Below the pieces are notes generated by a model. The model was not told the origin of the DNA, did no database searches, and saw only the letters and a program-made list of their open reading frames with translations. Position numbers and translations under genes: made by a program. From Salpingoeca rosetta (Eukaryota; Protista; Choanoflagellata), in NCBI GenBank assembly GCA_033442325.1, contig JAWQFM010000001.1, positions 2,378,973 to 2,442,972 on the forward strand: a stretch of 64,000 nt of DNA, read 5' to 3'. Each line of letters opens with the position of its first letter. Position 1 is the first letter of the stretch. Below, piece by piece: positions 1-45,890 of the stretch.

Positions 1-1493
1 GGCAGCGGCGATGTTCGCGCCTTCCGTCTGAACGACGAGAAGCTGCTGCGCTGGCTGAAAGCAAAGGTTCGCACTGCTTACAAGCACACACCAAGCACAA
101 CGCACACGATTGTTGCGCTTGTACGCTTGCTCATGCATCTGTCCGTTCGTCCTTCCCGGACTGGCTTGACACCCGCACACACGCACATGTACACACACAC
201 GCACATGTATACACGCACATGTATACACGCACACACACACACACACGCACATGTACGCACACACACACGTACACACTCTCACACTCACACTCTCTCACAC
301 TCTCTCATTCTCTCACACACGCGGCCTCCCTCTGTGTTCAGACGATCATGTTTGCGCGCCAGCTGCCAGACCACCTCACGTCGACCGGCGCCACGTCTGC
401 AAACTTTGTTGCCCGCGCATCAGCAGCAAAGGACATTCCATACGAGCTCAAGCTCAACTTTGCCTTTGGTCAGAACCCGTGCCCCTGTTGTCGCTGCTCG
501 TGAACGTTGTGGGCGGTGCTTGTCGATGTGTGTGTGTGTGTGCTTTTTGTAGTTGATGATAGACTCACTCTATCCGTGTGTGTGTGCGTGTGTGTGCGTG
601 CGTGTGTGTGCGTGTGCGTGCGTGCGTGCGTGTGCGTGCATGTGTGTGTGTGTGTGCGTGTGTGTGTGTGTGTGCGTGCGTGTGTGTGCGTGTGCGTGTA
701 CATGTGCGTGCATGTGTGTGTGTGCGTGTGTGTGCGGCGCAGGCGCGGTGTCGCGATATCTGTCGCCGGACCTGGAGGATCTTCTTCGCTCCGAACTCGG
801 GTGCAGTCCCTGTTCGCGTGCAGCAGCGGTGGCGGTGGTGGTGGCAAATAAGATGATGGTGTTGATTGTGAGCTGGCGCCCCTGTGTTGGAAAAAATGCT
901 GACACCTCATGTGCGTTTCCTTCACGCTCCACCACCCGCGCATGCAGCATTCGTACGGAGAGCGATGCAGTCGGCGGTGACGGGAGCGGAGATCAGGACG
1001 GGCAGCAGTTGGGAAAGTACGCCGGACTTGAACCTACAGATGACTACAGCAAGACTGCCACCGCTGGTAACCAAGACGACAACCCAGGAAAGGTGCGAGC
1101 CGAACCGGCGATGGCCAAGCCAACACCCCCGCCCCAGCTTCTCCCCACGTGATTGTGTCTGTGTGTGCGTGTGTGCGTGTGTGTGTGTCTGTGTGTCTGT
1201 GTGTTTGCGTGTGTGTGTGTGTCTGTCTGTCTGTCTCTGTCTGTGTGTGTGTCTGTCTGTCCCACGCTCACTCACTCACTCTCACTCACTCACTCTCACT
1301 CACTCTCACTCACTCACTCTCACTCTCACTCACTCACACACTCTCTGTTCTGCGTGTGCTGCTTGACTGCTTGTGAGTACAGAAGGCAAAACTCACTGCT
1401 GCACAGAAGCGGCTGGCAAAAGTGGACAAGACAGGCATGAAGTCCATTGCATCCTTCTTTGGTGGCGGTGCAAAGAAGAAGAAGAGCAAGTAG
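1..1493 (+). CDS. RNASEH2B: Ribonuclease H2 subunit B, 3' part (5'-truncated by the window); exons 1-66, 342-468, 743-800, 948-1092, 1383-1493
   Basis: GT-AG splicing joins [15 protein letters not shown] / [15 protein letters not shown] / [20 protein letters not shown] / LEPTDDYSK / [36 protein letters not shown]. The last exon matches the RNASEH2B C-terminal PIP-box segment (KVDKSGMKSIxxFF). Confidence 0.92.
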
Positions 1494-1892
1494 TGGTCGT
1501 GTTATGGTGCATCTTGTTCTGCTTTGTCTGCATTGCTTGCTTGCTTGCTTGGAATAAGTGATCATGTGCTGCTGGTGCTGCTGGTGCCTACATGTACCCC
1601 ATTTCCGCCATCTATTGGTGTGTGGTGGTATGACTTTCCTTGGTGCTGGTGTTCGTTTGCAGCTTGCTCTCGCTCAGTGCCAATGTGTGCACATGCTCCC
1701 TTTCGTCTCGCGCGCGTCTTAGTTTGCTACCCAATGATGAACGATATCATGACTGAATTCGTGTGAAAGCAGGCGAAAGCAAGAAACGCAATAAGCCAAT
1801 GAGGGCCGCGATGCACAACACACACACACACACACACTCTCTCTCTCATGCATGCGCGCATACTCACACACACACACACACACGCACGCACG

Positions 1893-1942
<50 letters not shown>

Positions 1943-1977
1943 CGAACACAACGCCATGAACACGAACACGAGACACA

Positions 1978-5950
<3,973 letters not shown>

Positions 5951-6009
5951 CTTGGGTTGACGATTCCGTGCAATTATTTCTGGTTCCTCGCTGTCTCGTT
6001 TGGAGAAGA

Positions 6010-8888
<2,879 letters not shown>

Positions 8889-9094
8889 CCAAAGAGGAGC
8901 GTGTGACTTGTGTATGCTTTGTTCTCTTCCTGTCTCAAAGCATGTGCACATTTCACACCACTGCACTGCACCTCCCCCCCCCCCATTACACAACTCAGTA
9001 CTTTCAATTTAACACAGCTAACGTGATAGTTGGGGTCAAGACAAAGTTAACAACCAAAGAAGTATGGAGTACGAGCCTGCAACAGCAGACAGCA

Positions 9095-9137
<43 letters not shown>

Positions 9138-9189
9138 GTGTGTGTGTGTGTGTCGAGGAGAGTTTGCCGCGTCACTTTAGCGGCATCGG

Positions 9190-10063
9190 TTACACGATAG
9201 ACGTGAGGTCGAACAGATCGCTGTCCAGCGTCACCTCCGCATACTTGGGCATCGGCCGCTGCAGGGAAAATCGCAAACGCAGAGCAAGGAAGATGTGGCA
9301 AGGGCACGTGCACTAATAGTCAGTACGAGGTGGACGTGACAACAAGCACCAACAAGCACTCATCTCGGTGACAACAAGCACCAACAAGCACTCATCTCGA
9401 CGCCAACTCACGTACACACACACACACATGCACCAACACACACACACACACACACCTACATTCACACGGCTTGCACAAGTGCCTCACGTTTCGGACGGTG
9501 TCGCCGTGGAGGTAAAGTGTCATGCGAGCGAAATCGTCTGAAAACTCTTCAAAGTCAATGTCCTCGGCCTCCACCTCCGCAACCTCCTCATCTTCCTCGT
9601 CCTCCTCTGCGCCGTGCTCATGTTGCTGCTGCTGTTGCTGCTGCTGTGATGACGACGGCGCCTCACCGCGTTGTTCTGCAGTCACAGCACAAATCGTGCA
9701 TCGCACACACACACACACACACACGCATGCAACCGATCGGACGCAACAGTCGGACAGCACAACGGGTGGGTGAGGGAATACAACAGGGGTGGAGGAGATT
9801 TGAGGACAACCGCGTGACACAATCGACGACACTTGACAGGTGAAAAGGCAGGAGTTGGTGCTGAAGACAACAGTATACCACCACCACCACCACGATCATC
9901 ATCACGGACCGATGGCAGCGTCGACGGCGAGGATGGACATCTGCAGCTGTCGAATGATTTCGTCCACAACACTAAAGTCCGCACCGCCCTCCTCCGCCTC
10001 TGCCGGCACCGAGGGCTCCGGGCCGCACAGCATCGTCTCAGCCTCCTCCTGTCGTGTTGTGTT

Positions 10064-10133
<70 letters not shown>

Positions 10134-11233
10134 GTTGTTGTTGTGTGTTGTGTTGTGTGTGTGTGTGTGTGTTGTGTTGTGTGTGTGTGTGTGTTGTGTG
10201 TGAATGACGCACGAGTGGATGCTCCCAAACATCGCGATTGTTGAGAAGGAAATCGGCGCAGGATGGAGAACAGAAATGCACGCGTTACCTCGTCCTTGTC
10301 TGAGACGTCATCCACGTGCTGTTGGAGTGGTGGTCGGCATCGGTGACGCGCAACACATGCAAACACCAAATGGGCGCAAGCAACAATTGCCACAGGAGCA
10401 CAGTGAACAAACGGTCCCAGCAGTGCCACGACATGAAGAACACTACTTGCATGACATGCACGTGAATGGCACAGAACGAAGCGAACGAGGGGCTGTCACA
10501 ACAAGCACTGCCGTACCACCACCACCACCACCACCACCACCACGACTACCACGACTACTACTACACTGTTATCGTGACACATGACGTACGTCTGCGCCCT
10601 GTGTGACGCTGATGCGGGTCTGTGCAATGAGGCGCTTGAGCGCGCGCGTGTCGGGGTCCGTCTTGTTGCGCAGCGGCACACCCTCAGCAGACACTGCACG
10701 CACATGTGTGTGTGTGTGTGGGTGTGCGGCAGTCAGTTGCTCAACCTGCATCGCGCACACAACGTCTCAAACAAGTTTGTACATACGCGCACGCATGCAT
10801 GCAAGCAAGCACACGCGATACATGCGCTCCTGTACCCGTACCGGATGGCTGCTTTGTTGTGCTTTGTGATCGGACAAACATCCGCGTTTGCCGCAGCTGC
10901 ACAATAGCAAGGGGAGACATGGTGGTTGTTAGGCACAAGAAACCACAGTCACAGAACACACTCACACCTCACTCACACCTCACTCACACACAAACACACA
11001 CACACCTTCTTGAAGACTTGGTTGCAGGTGACGGCAATCTCCTGGGCCAGCTGCTTTGCCACGGCTGTGGACTTGACCTTGAAGCCGTGGCACTTGAACA
11101 TCACACCCTTCCCGCGCAGATCATGCTTTGCCACCACGTACACGGTCTTCTTCACAGACACCACAAACACCACCTGATGGAACAAGAATGAGAGAGTGTG
11201 TGGGTGAGTGTGCGAGTGTGCATTTGTGTGTGC

Positions 11234-11275
<42 letters not shown>

Positions 11276-11829
11276 GCGGACTCGTTGACGGAGCATCTTC
11301 ACAGACTGGGCAAAGCGAGTTCATTTGGCCATGGAGGGACGACTTTCCGCATCCTCATAACTTGCAAACATACAGGCACGTGGCCCAGCACACAATCCAA
11401 TGCATACCTTGTGCATGGGGTGGTCCATGACAACGAGGTCCTCGCCATCCTTGGGCACTGTCACAATGATGCCTTCTTGCGACACCTGTGGTGCGGCGAA
11501 AGGAGGAGGGTGTGAGGCTAGCTGTGTGCATTTGTGTGTGTGTGTGTGTGTGCGTGTGTCTGCCTGTGTCTGTCTGTCTTCCATCACACTATTGCCCCGA
11601 CACACACACACACATACATACATACACACGCATACGCAGTCGCTCTCTCTGCCCCCCCCCCACACACACACCGAGAGGTTGAGTTTGGTGTCAAAGCCAC
11701 GGCAGAAGAGAGGGTGGACGTCCTGCGCCTTCTTTGGCTTCTCCAGGAGCTGGGCAGCCTTGCGAACCTCCGACAGGCCAGGTGCACGCTGGTTCTCCTT
11801 GTCGGACTTGATGTAGACAAAGCCTGGCA

Positions 11830-11911
<82 letters not shown>

Positions 11912-12063
11912 GTGATTGTGGCAGACCGAAACAGAAACAGTGCACGAGTGAGGCAGTGCACGAGTGAGGCTGTGCAGCACACACACGCACACTCACTCAC
12001 ACACACACACACACACACTCAAAGACAAAGCTCAGACACAAACACACATACATACACACACAC

Positions 12064-12145
<82 letters not shown>

Positions 12146-12170
12146 CTTGGTACTGCACCTCCGTCGCCAT
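9190..12170 (-). CDS. PTB (PID) domain adaptor protein with acidic C-terminal half; about 10 exons
   Basis: Spliced MATEVQYQGFVYIK..GLSEVRKAAQLL..LNLSVSQEGIIV..LVVMDHPMHKVVFVV..FKCHGFKVKSTAVAKQLAQEIAVTCNQVF follows the PTB pattern (V.YLG, VS..GI, CH.F, A..I...F). Later exons join in phase and end ..PKYAEVTLDSDLFDLTSIV*. Confidence 0.8.
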
Positions 12171-12647
12171 CGTTGCTGGGGCCAGAATTTCCAGCGCGAT
12201 TATCGTGGCCTGGGATTCGATGTGCAAATAATAACCAAAACACAAACACAAACACCACACCCGCAAACGAACGAACGACTCGACGACACACACCAGTCGA
12301 CCAAACCCAGCCACACCAAACAGAACAGTCATCGCTCCGTTCGTTCGCACACACGCACAACTCGACGACAACCCCGCGGTCCCAGTTGTTACACTCGACA
12401 AACGACTTCAGTCGCCTGTGCCTACTCATCGCGCATCTTTCGAGTTCCCTTTTGCGCCACCGCTCGCGGCGCTGTTGCCATTTTCCACTTCACCCACCAC
12501 ACTTCATCATCAAGCCAACAGACCTCAAGCAAGCAAGAAGAGAGTGACATCCCAGCCAAGAGACGCAAGAACCCACACAGCTCCCAACACGTTTTTTTTT
12601 TTTTTGAGCAAGCCAGCTGCACAGCAAGCAACGTTTGCCCAAGCACC

Positions 12648-14858
12648 ATGGCCACGCCAACCACCGTGTACAGCTTCAAGACGGACTTGGACGGCGCCAA
12701 GCGCAGGTTCGCCCTTGCCTCCGACATCTGCACCTTTGACAAGGTGCTTGCCACCATCGCCTGCAAGTATGGGCTCGACCGCGAGACGCTCCAGCTCGCC
12801 ACCGCCGCCGAGGATGGCGTTGCCATCGTGGACACCGACACCCTCCTCAAGGCCGTGAAGGAAAGTCGCGATTCGACCCAAGGCAACGGCTGCCTGAAAC
12901 TCACCGTGACCAGGAAGCAGCCAGCAAACGACACGGACAGTGCAGATGGCTGCCCAGCTGCCTCTGACGCTGCTGCAGGCACCACCTCGGACTCGACCTC
13001 CTCAGACTCGGATACGTCGTCTTCCTCTGGTGACTCTTCCTCGTCTGATGACGACGACGACGACGCGGAGGAGTCGCATCCTGGACGTGATGCCGCCCGT
13101 GCCAATCTTGACATGCGCCATCTTCGTGATCAGCTCGAACACCTCCAAGGTGCGTTCGCCTGTACCAACAGCGTGCTACTCACACACTCACATGCATGCA
13201 TGCACGCGTGCATGCTGGTGCACACAAACCCATGCCATTACACATAACCTCTCCCTCATACAGACGACGCACACAATCACACAATCACACACACAATCAC
13301 ACACACACACAAACAATCACAACACTCACTCATCACGCGCCCATTCCTCTCACACTTGTTGCGTGCAACATGTATTGCAGTGGATGTGCAGCGTGCCCAT
13401 GCGGATGAGTTTGCTGCACAGCAGGAGGTCAGCCGTGCCAAGCAGGAGCTGGCACTCGCCCGCGCCCGCACACGGTCCCTGCGCCTGGCCATGCGCGACC
13501 TTCGCTCGCAGCTGCGTGATGTTCGCCGCCAAAGCACCGACCCCACCACACCCCGCCAGCGCAAGCACCGCGCCCGCGTGGCCAAGGCCGGCAGCGATGC
13601 CGCAGCGACCGGCAAAGACAGCGACGCACCTCTGGGGTCTGGGCCATCCGCACCACCACCATCCAAGGCAGAGAAGTCCACACCGCCATCACATGCACCC
13701 AACGCCACCGCAGCCGTCTCGGGCACCGCTACATCGACGACCACAGCAGCACCGGCTCCTACAACGGCGCAGGCCACCGCCACGTCCACGTCCACAACCA
13801 CCACCACGTCGTCGTCAAACGCGCTCGCGTTCCCACCCGGCACGGTCGTGACGCTGCGCACGCCTGACGGGCGCGTGATGCACGTTGACGAGGACGCTGG
13901 CGTGCTGCGCCACAGCTCATCGCCCACCAACCCGCAGGCCGCCCACTTTGTTGTGGAGCACGGCAAGCCCGGCCGCATCAAGCTGCGGAACCGCGTCAGC
14001 GGCGGGTACCTGCGCATTCGCCGTGGGGGTGGTGTGGATTGTGCCGGCCGCGGTGGGCGCTTCACGTGCCTGGCACCGCTTGTGTCGTACACCGCACAGC
14101 AGCCGCACCAGTCGTCGTCGACATCTGTCCAGCCAATGCTGGTGCACATGTCCCGCCCTGGCCTGCGGTCTGTGCACCTGATCTCCGCCAGCGACGGCGC
14201 GAGCGGAGAGCTGACCTCTGTGGAGGACGACATGGAGCGCGCCACGCCGTTCATCGTCACCGTGGTCGACTACATTGCCGCCGACGAGCCCACCACCTCG
14301 TCCGCAGCACGCGATCACCATCACGCCCATCGCCGCCATCACGGCCGCCATCACGGCCGCCACCATGGACTGCACCACGCGCATGCCCACCCCCACCACA
14401 TGCACCACCGCCACCACATGCGCCACCACGCGCATGGTCAGCATCATCCCCATCACCACCACCAGCACCAGCACCACCAGCATCCCCACCACAGGATGCA
14501 TCAGCACCAGGCTCCCATGGTGCCCATGGTGCCGCCGCCTTTCCCGCCACCGTACTGGGCCCATGACCAAGTGTATGCCTTCGCCCCGATGCCACCACCA
14601 CCGTTTGCCATGCCTCCCGCCCCACACCCGCACCCGTTTGACGCTGTACACCACGGCCAGCGCGCCGAACAGCAAGTTCAGCGTGCCGATGGCGGTAGCG
14701 GCGTTGAGTCAACGAATGCCGGAGCAATGCAGGCGCTTCGCCTGCAACGCCGCGCCCTGGCACAGCAGCGTCGAGACCTCAAGCGCGCCCAGCGACAGCT
14801 GAAGCGGGAAATGAAGGGCGACCGTAAGCAAGCAGGCCGTGACAGCAGCTCCCAGTAG
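12648..14858 (+). CDS. PB1-domain protein with coiled coil, beta-trefoil-like domain and His/Pro-rich region; exons 12648-13149 and 13381-14858
   Basis: N-terminal YSFKTDLDGAKRRF..KYGL..EDGVAIVDTDTLLKAV..LKLTV is PB1-like. A phase-1 GT-AG intron joins the two ORFs. Second exon has VVTLRTPDGRVMHV..HFVVEHGKPGRIKLRNRVSGGYLRI. Confidence 0.75.
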
Positions 14859-14889
14859 AGCTAACACTCCATTTTCTTTTGTGTGTGTG

Positions 14890-14992
14890 TGTGTTGTTGT
14901 TGTTGTTTAAGTTGTTGTTTTAAGTTGTTGTTTTAAGTTGTTGTTGTTGTTTAAGTTGTTGTTGTTGTTGTTGTTTAAGTTGTTGTTTTAAG

Positions 14993-15028
<36 letters not shown>

Positions 15029-15032
15029 TAAG

Positions 15033-15085
<53 letters not shown>

Positions 15086-15087
15086 GC
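14890..15087. repeat. (GTT)n microsatellite periodically interrupted by TTAA
   Basis: gttgttgtt-taa-gttgttgttttaagttg units seen directly. Confidence 0.9.
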
Positions 15088-15491
15088 CCACCAATGTGCC
15101 CCTACTTCTTCTTCTTCTTACTCTGCGCAGGTGCACGTGTTGTGTACTGGTTGTTATGCTTCGTGATGCTGATGATGTCCGCTGCTCGCATCCATCGTGT
15201 CCATGACTGTCTTTCCTTTGTTTGTGATTGGTGAACGTTCTTCATAAAGGGAGAGAGCAGCAGCTACAGCTGTACGGTGCATCCACAGCACAAGTGGAGT
15301 TAAACGCAGAAACAGAGCGAGGCGGGAGGTGTGAGAGAGAGAGAGAGAGTGAGAGAGAAACAGAGACAGAGAGAGTGAGAGAGTGACAGACAGACCTCCA
15401 CACCGCTTGCCTCGCCACACATTTCTGACTCTCCACGACAGCGACACACAAAAATACCTAAGCAAAGGCAACAGCAACAGCAAGCAAGACG

Positions 15492-16324
15492 ATGAGCACG
15501 ATGTTTGGTGCTGTGGCACGGCGGGTGACGGCGGCGGTGGCAGGCCGCCGTGTTCCGTCCACACTTGTGGCGGTGGCGGTGCGCAACATGACCGCCGGTG
15601 GCACACACGGGCCCACGCTCACGGTTGAGATGGCTGCCGACATTCAAGCCACCCACACAACCAACCTGAAGAACGACTTTATGATGTATGCCAAGCAACT
15701 GGCAGACATCAAGGTGCGCATCACATCACAGTGGCACTTTGGGTGTGTGTATGTATGTATGTATGTGTGTGTGTATGTATGTATGTGTGTGTGTATGTGT
15801 GTGTGTGTGTATGTGTATGTGTGTGTGTATGTGTGTGTGTGTGTCTGGAGGGGCAGGAGCAGGCCCCTTTGGCGCATGGGAGCGCATGTACCCTTCACTT
15901 GACGTGGTTGTGCTGAATGCCACGCACAACCTGAGCCCTGCATCCTCGACACACACCCACACGCGCGCGCACACACTTACACACACACACACACACGCAC
16001 ACACACACACGCATGCACGCAACAGGAGCGCAAGACGGATCCGTTCCACAAGCGCTGGCAGGACACCATGAACGTGTTCATGACTTCCCAGCTTCACACG
16101 CTGCTGTTGTATGGATACACCCCTGATGAGAATGGCATGCGCGAGTTCACAATGGCCTTCGACCAGTTGTCCCGATCTGACTCCTCAGGTGTGCTGCTGC
16201 AACGCGCTCGTGAGCGCCACATCGNNNNNNNNNNNNNNNNNNNNNNNNNNNNNNNNNNNNNNNNNNNNNNNNNNNNNNNNNNNNNNNNNNNNNNNNNNNN
16301 NNNNNNNNNNNNNNNNNNNNNNNN

Positions 16325-16386
<62 letters not shown>

Positions 16387-16658
16387 CACGCACAAACGCA
16401 CAAACGCGCGCGGGCTTCCAGGAGGGCGTTACGGACATGCAAGCCAAGCAGGAAGCAATCATGGCAGCGGTTGTGCCGCTGCAAATGGAGGCCGCGGCTG
16501 CTTCCGGCTTCACCGGTGACGACGGGTTCCTCAAGATGCAGTGCCTCATGATGGCGCATTCCTCCGACGAGCAGATCTCGTACAACACCCTCTCTGGCCT
16601 CCTGCCCGTCTATCGCCGCGCCGGCATCTCGCTTCAGCAGCAGCAGGAGCAGCAGTAG
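15492..16658 (+). CDS. Probable mitochondrial protein with two C10/C12orf57-like repeats; middle obscured by an assembly gap
   Basis: Arg/Ala/Val-rich, acid-free N-terminus (MSTMFGAVARRVTAAVAGRRVPST..VRNM). Repeats SQLHTLLLYGYTPDENGMREF and LQMEAAAASGFTGDDGFLKM..DEQI resemble C10 QxEVIxxYGFxxDxEGVxxF..DPEI. GT-AG intron at about 15713-16025. Confidence 0.65.
16225..16324. other. Assembly gap (100 N)
   Basis: Run of N, followed by a (CA)n tract. Confidence 1.
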
Positions 16659-16922
16659 GCGTAGAAAGTCACAACAGAAGCACCAGTGGCAGATGAGCGT
16701 TGGTGCATGCTCCCGCCCACCACACACACACACTCACTCACTCACGCTTCTGGCATCTCCCTTTGCTCTTGTTCGCTCGCTTGCCGAATCAATTGCGAGT
16801 AAACTGGCTTGGAGTGTCACATCATGTCATTCGTTTTGGCAGCGACATTTACACCAATGTGTGTGTGCATACGTACGCAAGGGATGTTCGTTTATTCTGT
16901 TGCCATATTGTTATCCTGGCCA

Positions 16923-16978
<56 letters not shown>

Positions 16979-17094
16979 ACACACACACACATACACACAC
17001 ACACACACAAGAACACACACACACACACACAAGCACACACACGCACACACGCAATCACATAAACACACACGCACGTAAGCACACAACTGCTTGC

Positions 17095-28890
<11,796 letters not shown>

Positions 28891-29081
28891 CCCTGCCGCG
28901 GTTGCTGGCTGGTGGTGTGCAGGTTGCTGTGCTGCTTGCTTGTTGGCGGTTGCGGGAATTGCAGCAGCGTCGGTCAAGACGGGCTGTTTGCGACAGCAAG
29001 AAATTAATTGATTTGCGCTGACTCGGCATATTTTTGGGCAGAGCCGGCCCGGGCAAAGTTTGAAAGCAAGAAGGCAAACTG

Positions 29082-29206
<125 letters not shown>

Positions 29207-29213
29207 CGCCACG

Positions 29214-33477
<4,264 letters not shown>

Positions 33478-33501
33478 CGATGGTCTTTGCTTCTTGCGTG
33501 T

Positions 33502-33583
<82 letters not shown>

Positions 33584-33847
33584 TTGTTTCCGTGCGCGTA
33601 TCTGTCTGTCTCTCTATCGAACTGTCCCTGTGTCTCTGTTTGCGTGTGCGTGTGGGCGTTGATGAATTGCCTGCCTGTTCTTTGTGATTGTGTGCATTCT
33701 TGTTTTATGGGTTCGCACGCGGGTGGCAATTAGTAGACGACGCCACACAACGCCCCTCCATGAGAAAAAAAAATAACACTTGCAATATCGAATATCAACC
33801 TGAACAGACATGGTATACAAATACATGTGTGCGTGTGCGTGTGTCTG

Positions 33848-42211
<8,364 letters not shown>

Positions 42212-42847
42212 GACATGGGCTCAGGACCATTCACGAGCTCTCACTTGGTCTGTGCGTGTGTGTGTGTGTGTGTCGGTGAAAAGATTGTGGTTGAGTGTGT
42301 GTGTGTGCGTGTGTGCGTGTGTGTGCGTGAGTGTGTGTGTGAACGTGGATACAGCAGCGGAGCAATGTGCTGTGTGTACAGACGGTTGCAATCACGAAGA
42401 CACAAGAAAGCTGAAGACAAAGGAAAAGAACGGAGGTGTAGATGGACGGAGGATGGAGGAGACAAGAAGCAAAGACACCACAAGGCGACTCGCGATGTGT
42501 GCTGTTCAAGAGAAGCGTCACGGACACAGTTTAGCGCACCACTCACAACTCACTTCCATCCCACGCATGTGCCCATCCAATCAACACGCATTCAAGGACG
42601 ATAGCAACAGTCCCCAACATGTAAGGGATGCAATCCATGTACCACTGCACACATTATGTGTACACACAACCGTGGACGTGCATGTACTCACCGTTTCAAC
42701 GTATGATGGCCGGTGTGTGTTGTCTGTGTCGAGTTGGGCCAACGAGGAGCGATGATCTTCCACCGTTCGCTCTGAATATCCAGCAGCACTTCACCGCCTC
42801 CTCACAAAACCGGGAGAGAAGAGCCACAGGGCAAGTGCGGGCGTATG

Positions 42848-42894
<47 letters not shown>

Positions 42895-43454
42895 GTGTGC
42901 GTGTGTGTGCGTGTGTGCGCGTGTGTGTGCGTGTGTGTGTGCGTGTGTGTGTGCGTGTGTGTGCGTGTGTGGTTTCGTGGCGCGGGAGGCAAAGCAACCA
43001 GTCGCAAGAGAGCCGGGGGAGGGCGGTGTGAGGGAGAAGGACACAGCCCGCACCACGACAAAAGAGGTTACTGCTGCAGTGGGTTTCTTGTGTCCAGCGC
43101 GAAGTGGAGATCCGTGTTGAAGGGTGCTGTGAGCCCTGCAACGGCTCCGATTGACTGGCGACTGGTCGACATCCCGCACCCCTCTTGAAACGCAAGACCA
43201 AGCAGCAACCCGCCTCGTGGTCGGTGGTGCGGAAAGCGTGTTTCCCTGCCCAACAGTCCTCATCGCCATGCAACTGCTGGCTGGCCGTTTTTCTTGTTTC
43301 TTGACAGTCCTTCCAAACGCAAAATTGCCCATGAAGCAACAACATCAAGGAAAGGCAAAATTGACTTTGAAACAAGCTGCCACACGACGAAGCGACAAAC
43401 GCCAGCAGCGATAGTGGACGACCGCGCGCACACACACAACACCACACACACACC

Positions 43455-45432
<1,978 letters not shown>

Positions 45433-45890
45433 GCCCAACGGACCCCCTCCCCCCTTTCTTCCTCCCTCGTTGTTGGTTTGGTTTGTCTCGCTCGCCGGCT
45501 GGTGCGGCTGGTGCAGCTGGTGCAGCTGTTGCGCACGTGCGACGTGTCAGCATTGCCGTCACCTATGCGTGTGCTTGCTGGTTGTCAGTTGTTGCTCTGT
45601 GTATGCGTGTGTCTGTCTGTCTGTGCTGTGCTGTGCTGTGCTGTGTTCGTGATTTGCTCGTGCTGATTGTTGCTGTATCAGTAGTGAGGGTGTGTTGTTG
45701 TCTGTGTGCGCGCACCCATTGCAGTGGGCTGTATTCGCTGCACTTCCATTGTGCTGTGCAATGAAATGAGCAAATGAAAGAGATGGAAGATCACAATGGG
45801 ACCGAGTGCATTTCGCTTTCCACGCGTAGATTGTTGACGCATTCCACACGCCGTTTGTTTATTGTCGGCCAGGTCGCCTTGGGGCACGCG

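Noticed and set aside
9902-10135. Apparent in-frame TGA (selenocysteine/readthrough) and polyQ in the PTB gene
   Set aside because: Both fall inside predicted GT-AG introns that restore the frame without recoding.
11832-11910. Poly-His/poly-Met ORF segments
   Set aside because: The (CAT)n tract lies in intron 1 of the PTB gene, just before the acceptor.
12474-12481. RFX half-site GTTGCCAT in the PTB/PB1 spacer
   Set aside because: A single 8-mer half-site is expected by chance in 64 kb and has no supporting context.
14890-15087. CRISPR-like array or piggyBac TTAA footprints
   Set aside because: No unique spacers, terminal inverted repeats or transposase; it is a compound microsatellite.
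42240-43450. Extra gene between RFX and Mago nashi
   Set aside because: Only repeat-derived ORFs; better explained as RFX 5' UTR exons/introns and a shared promoter.
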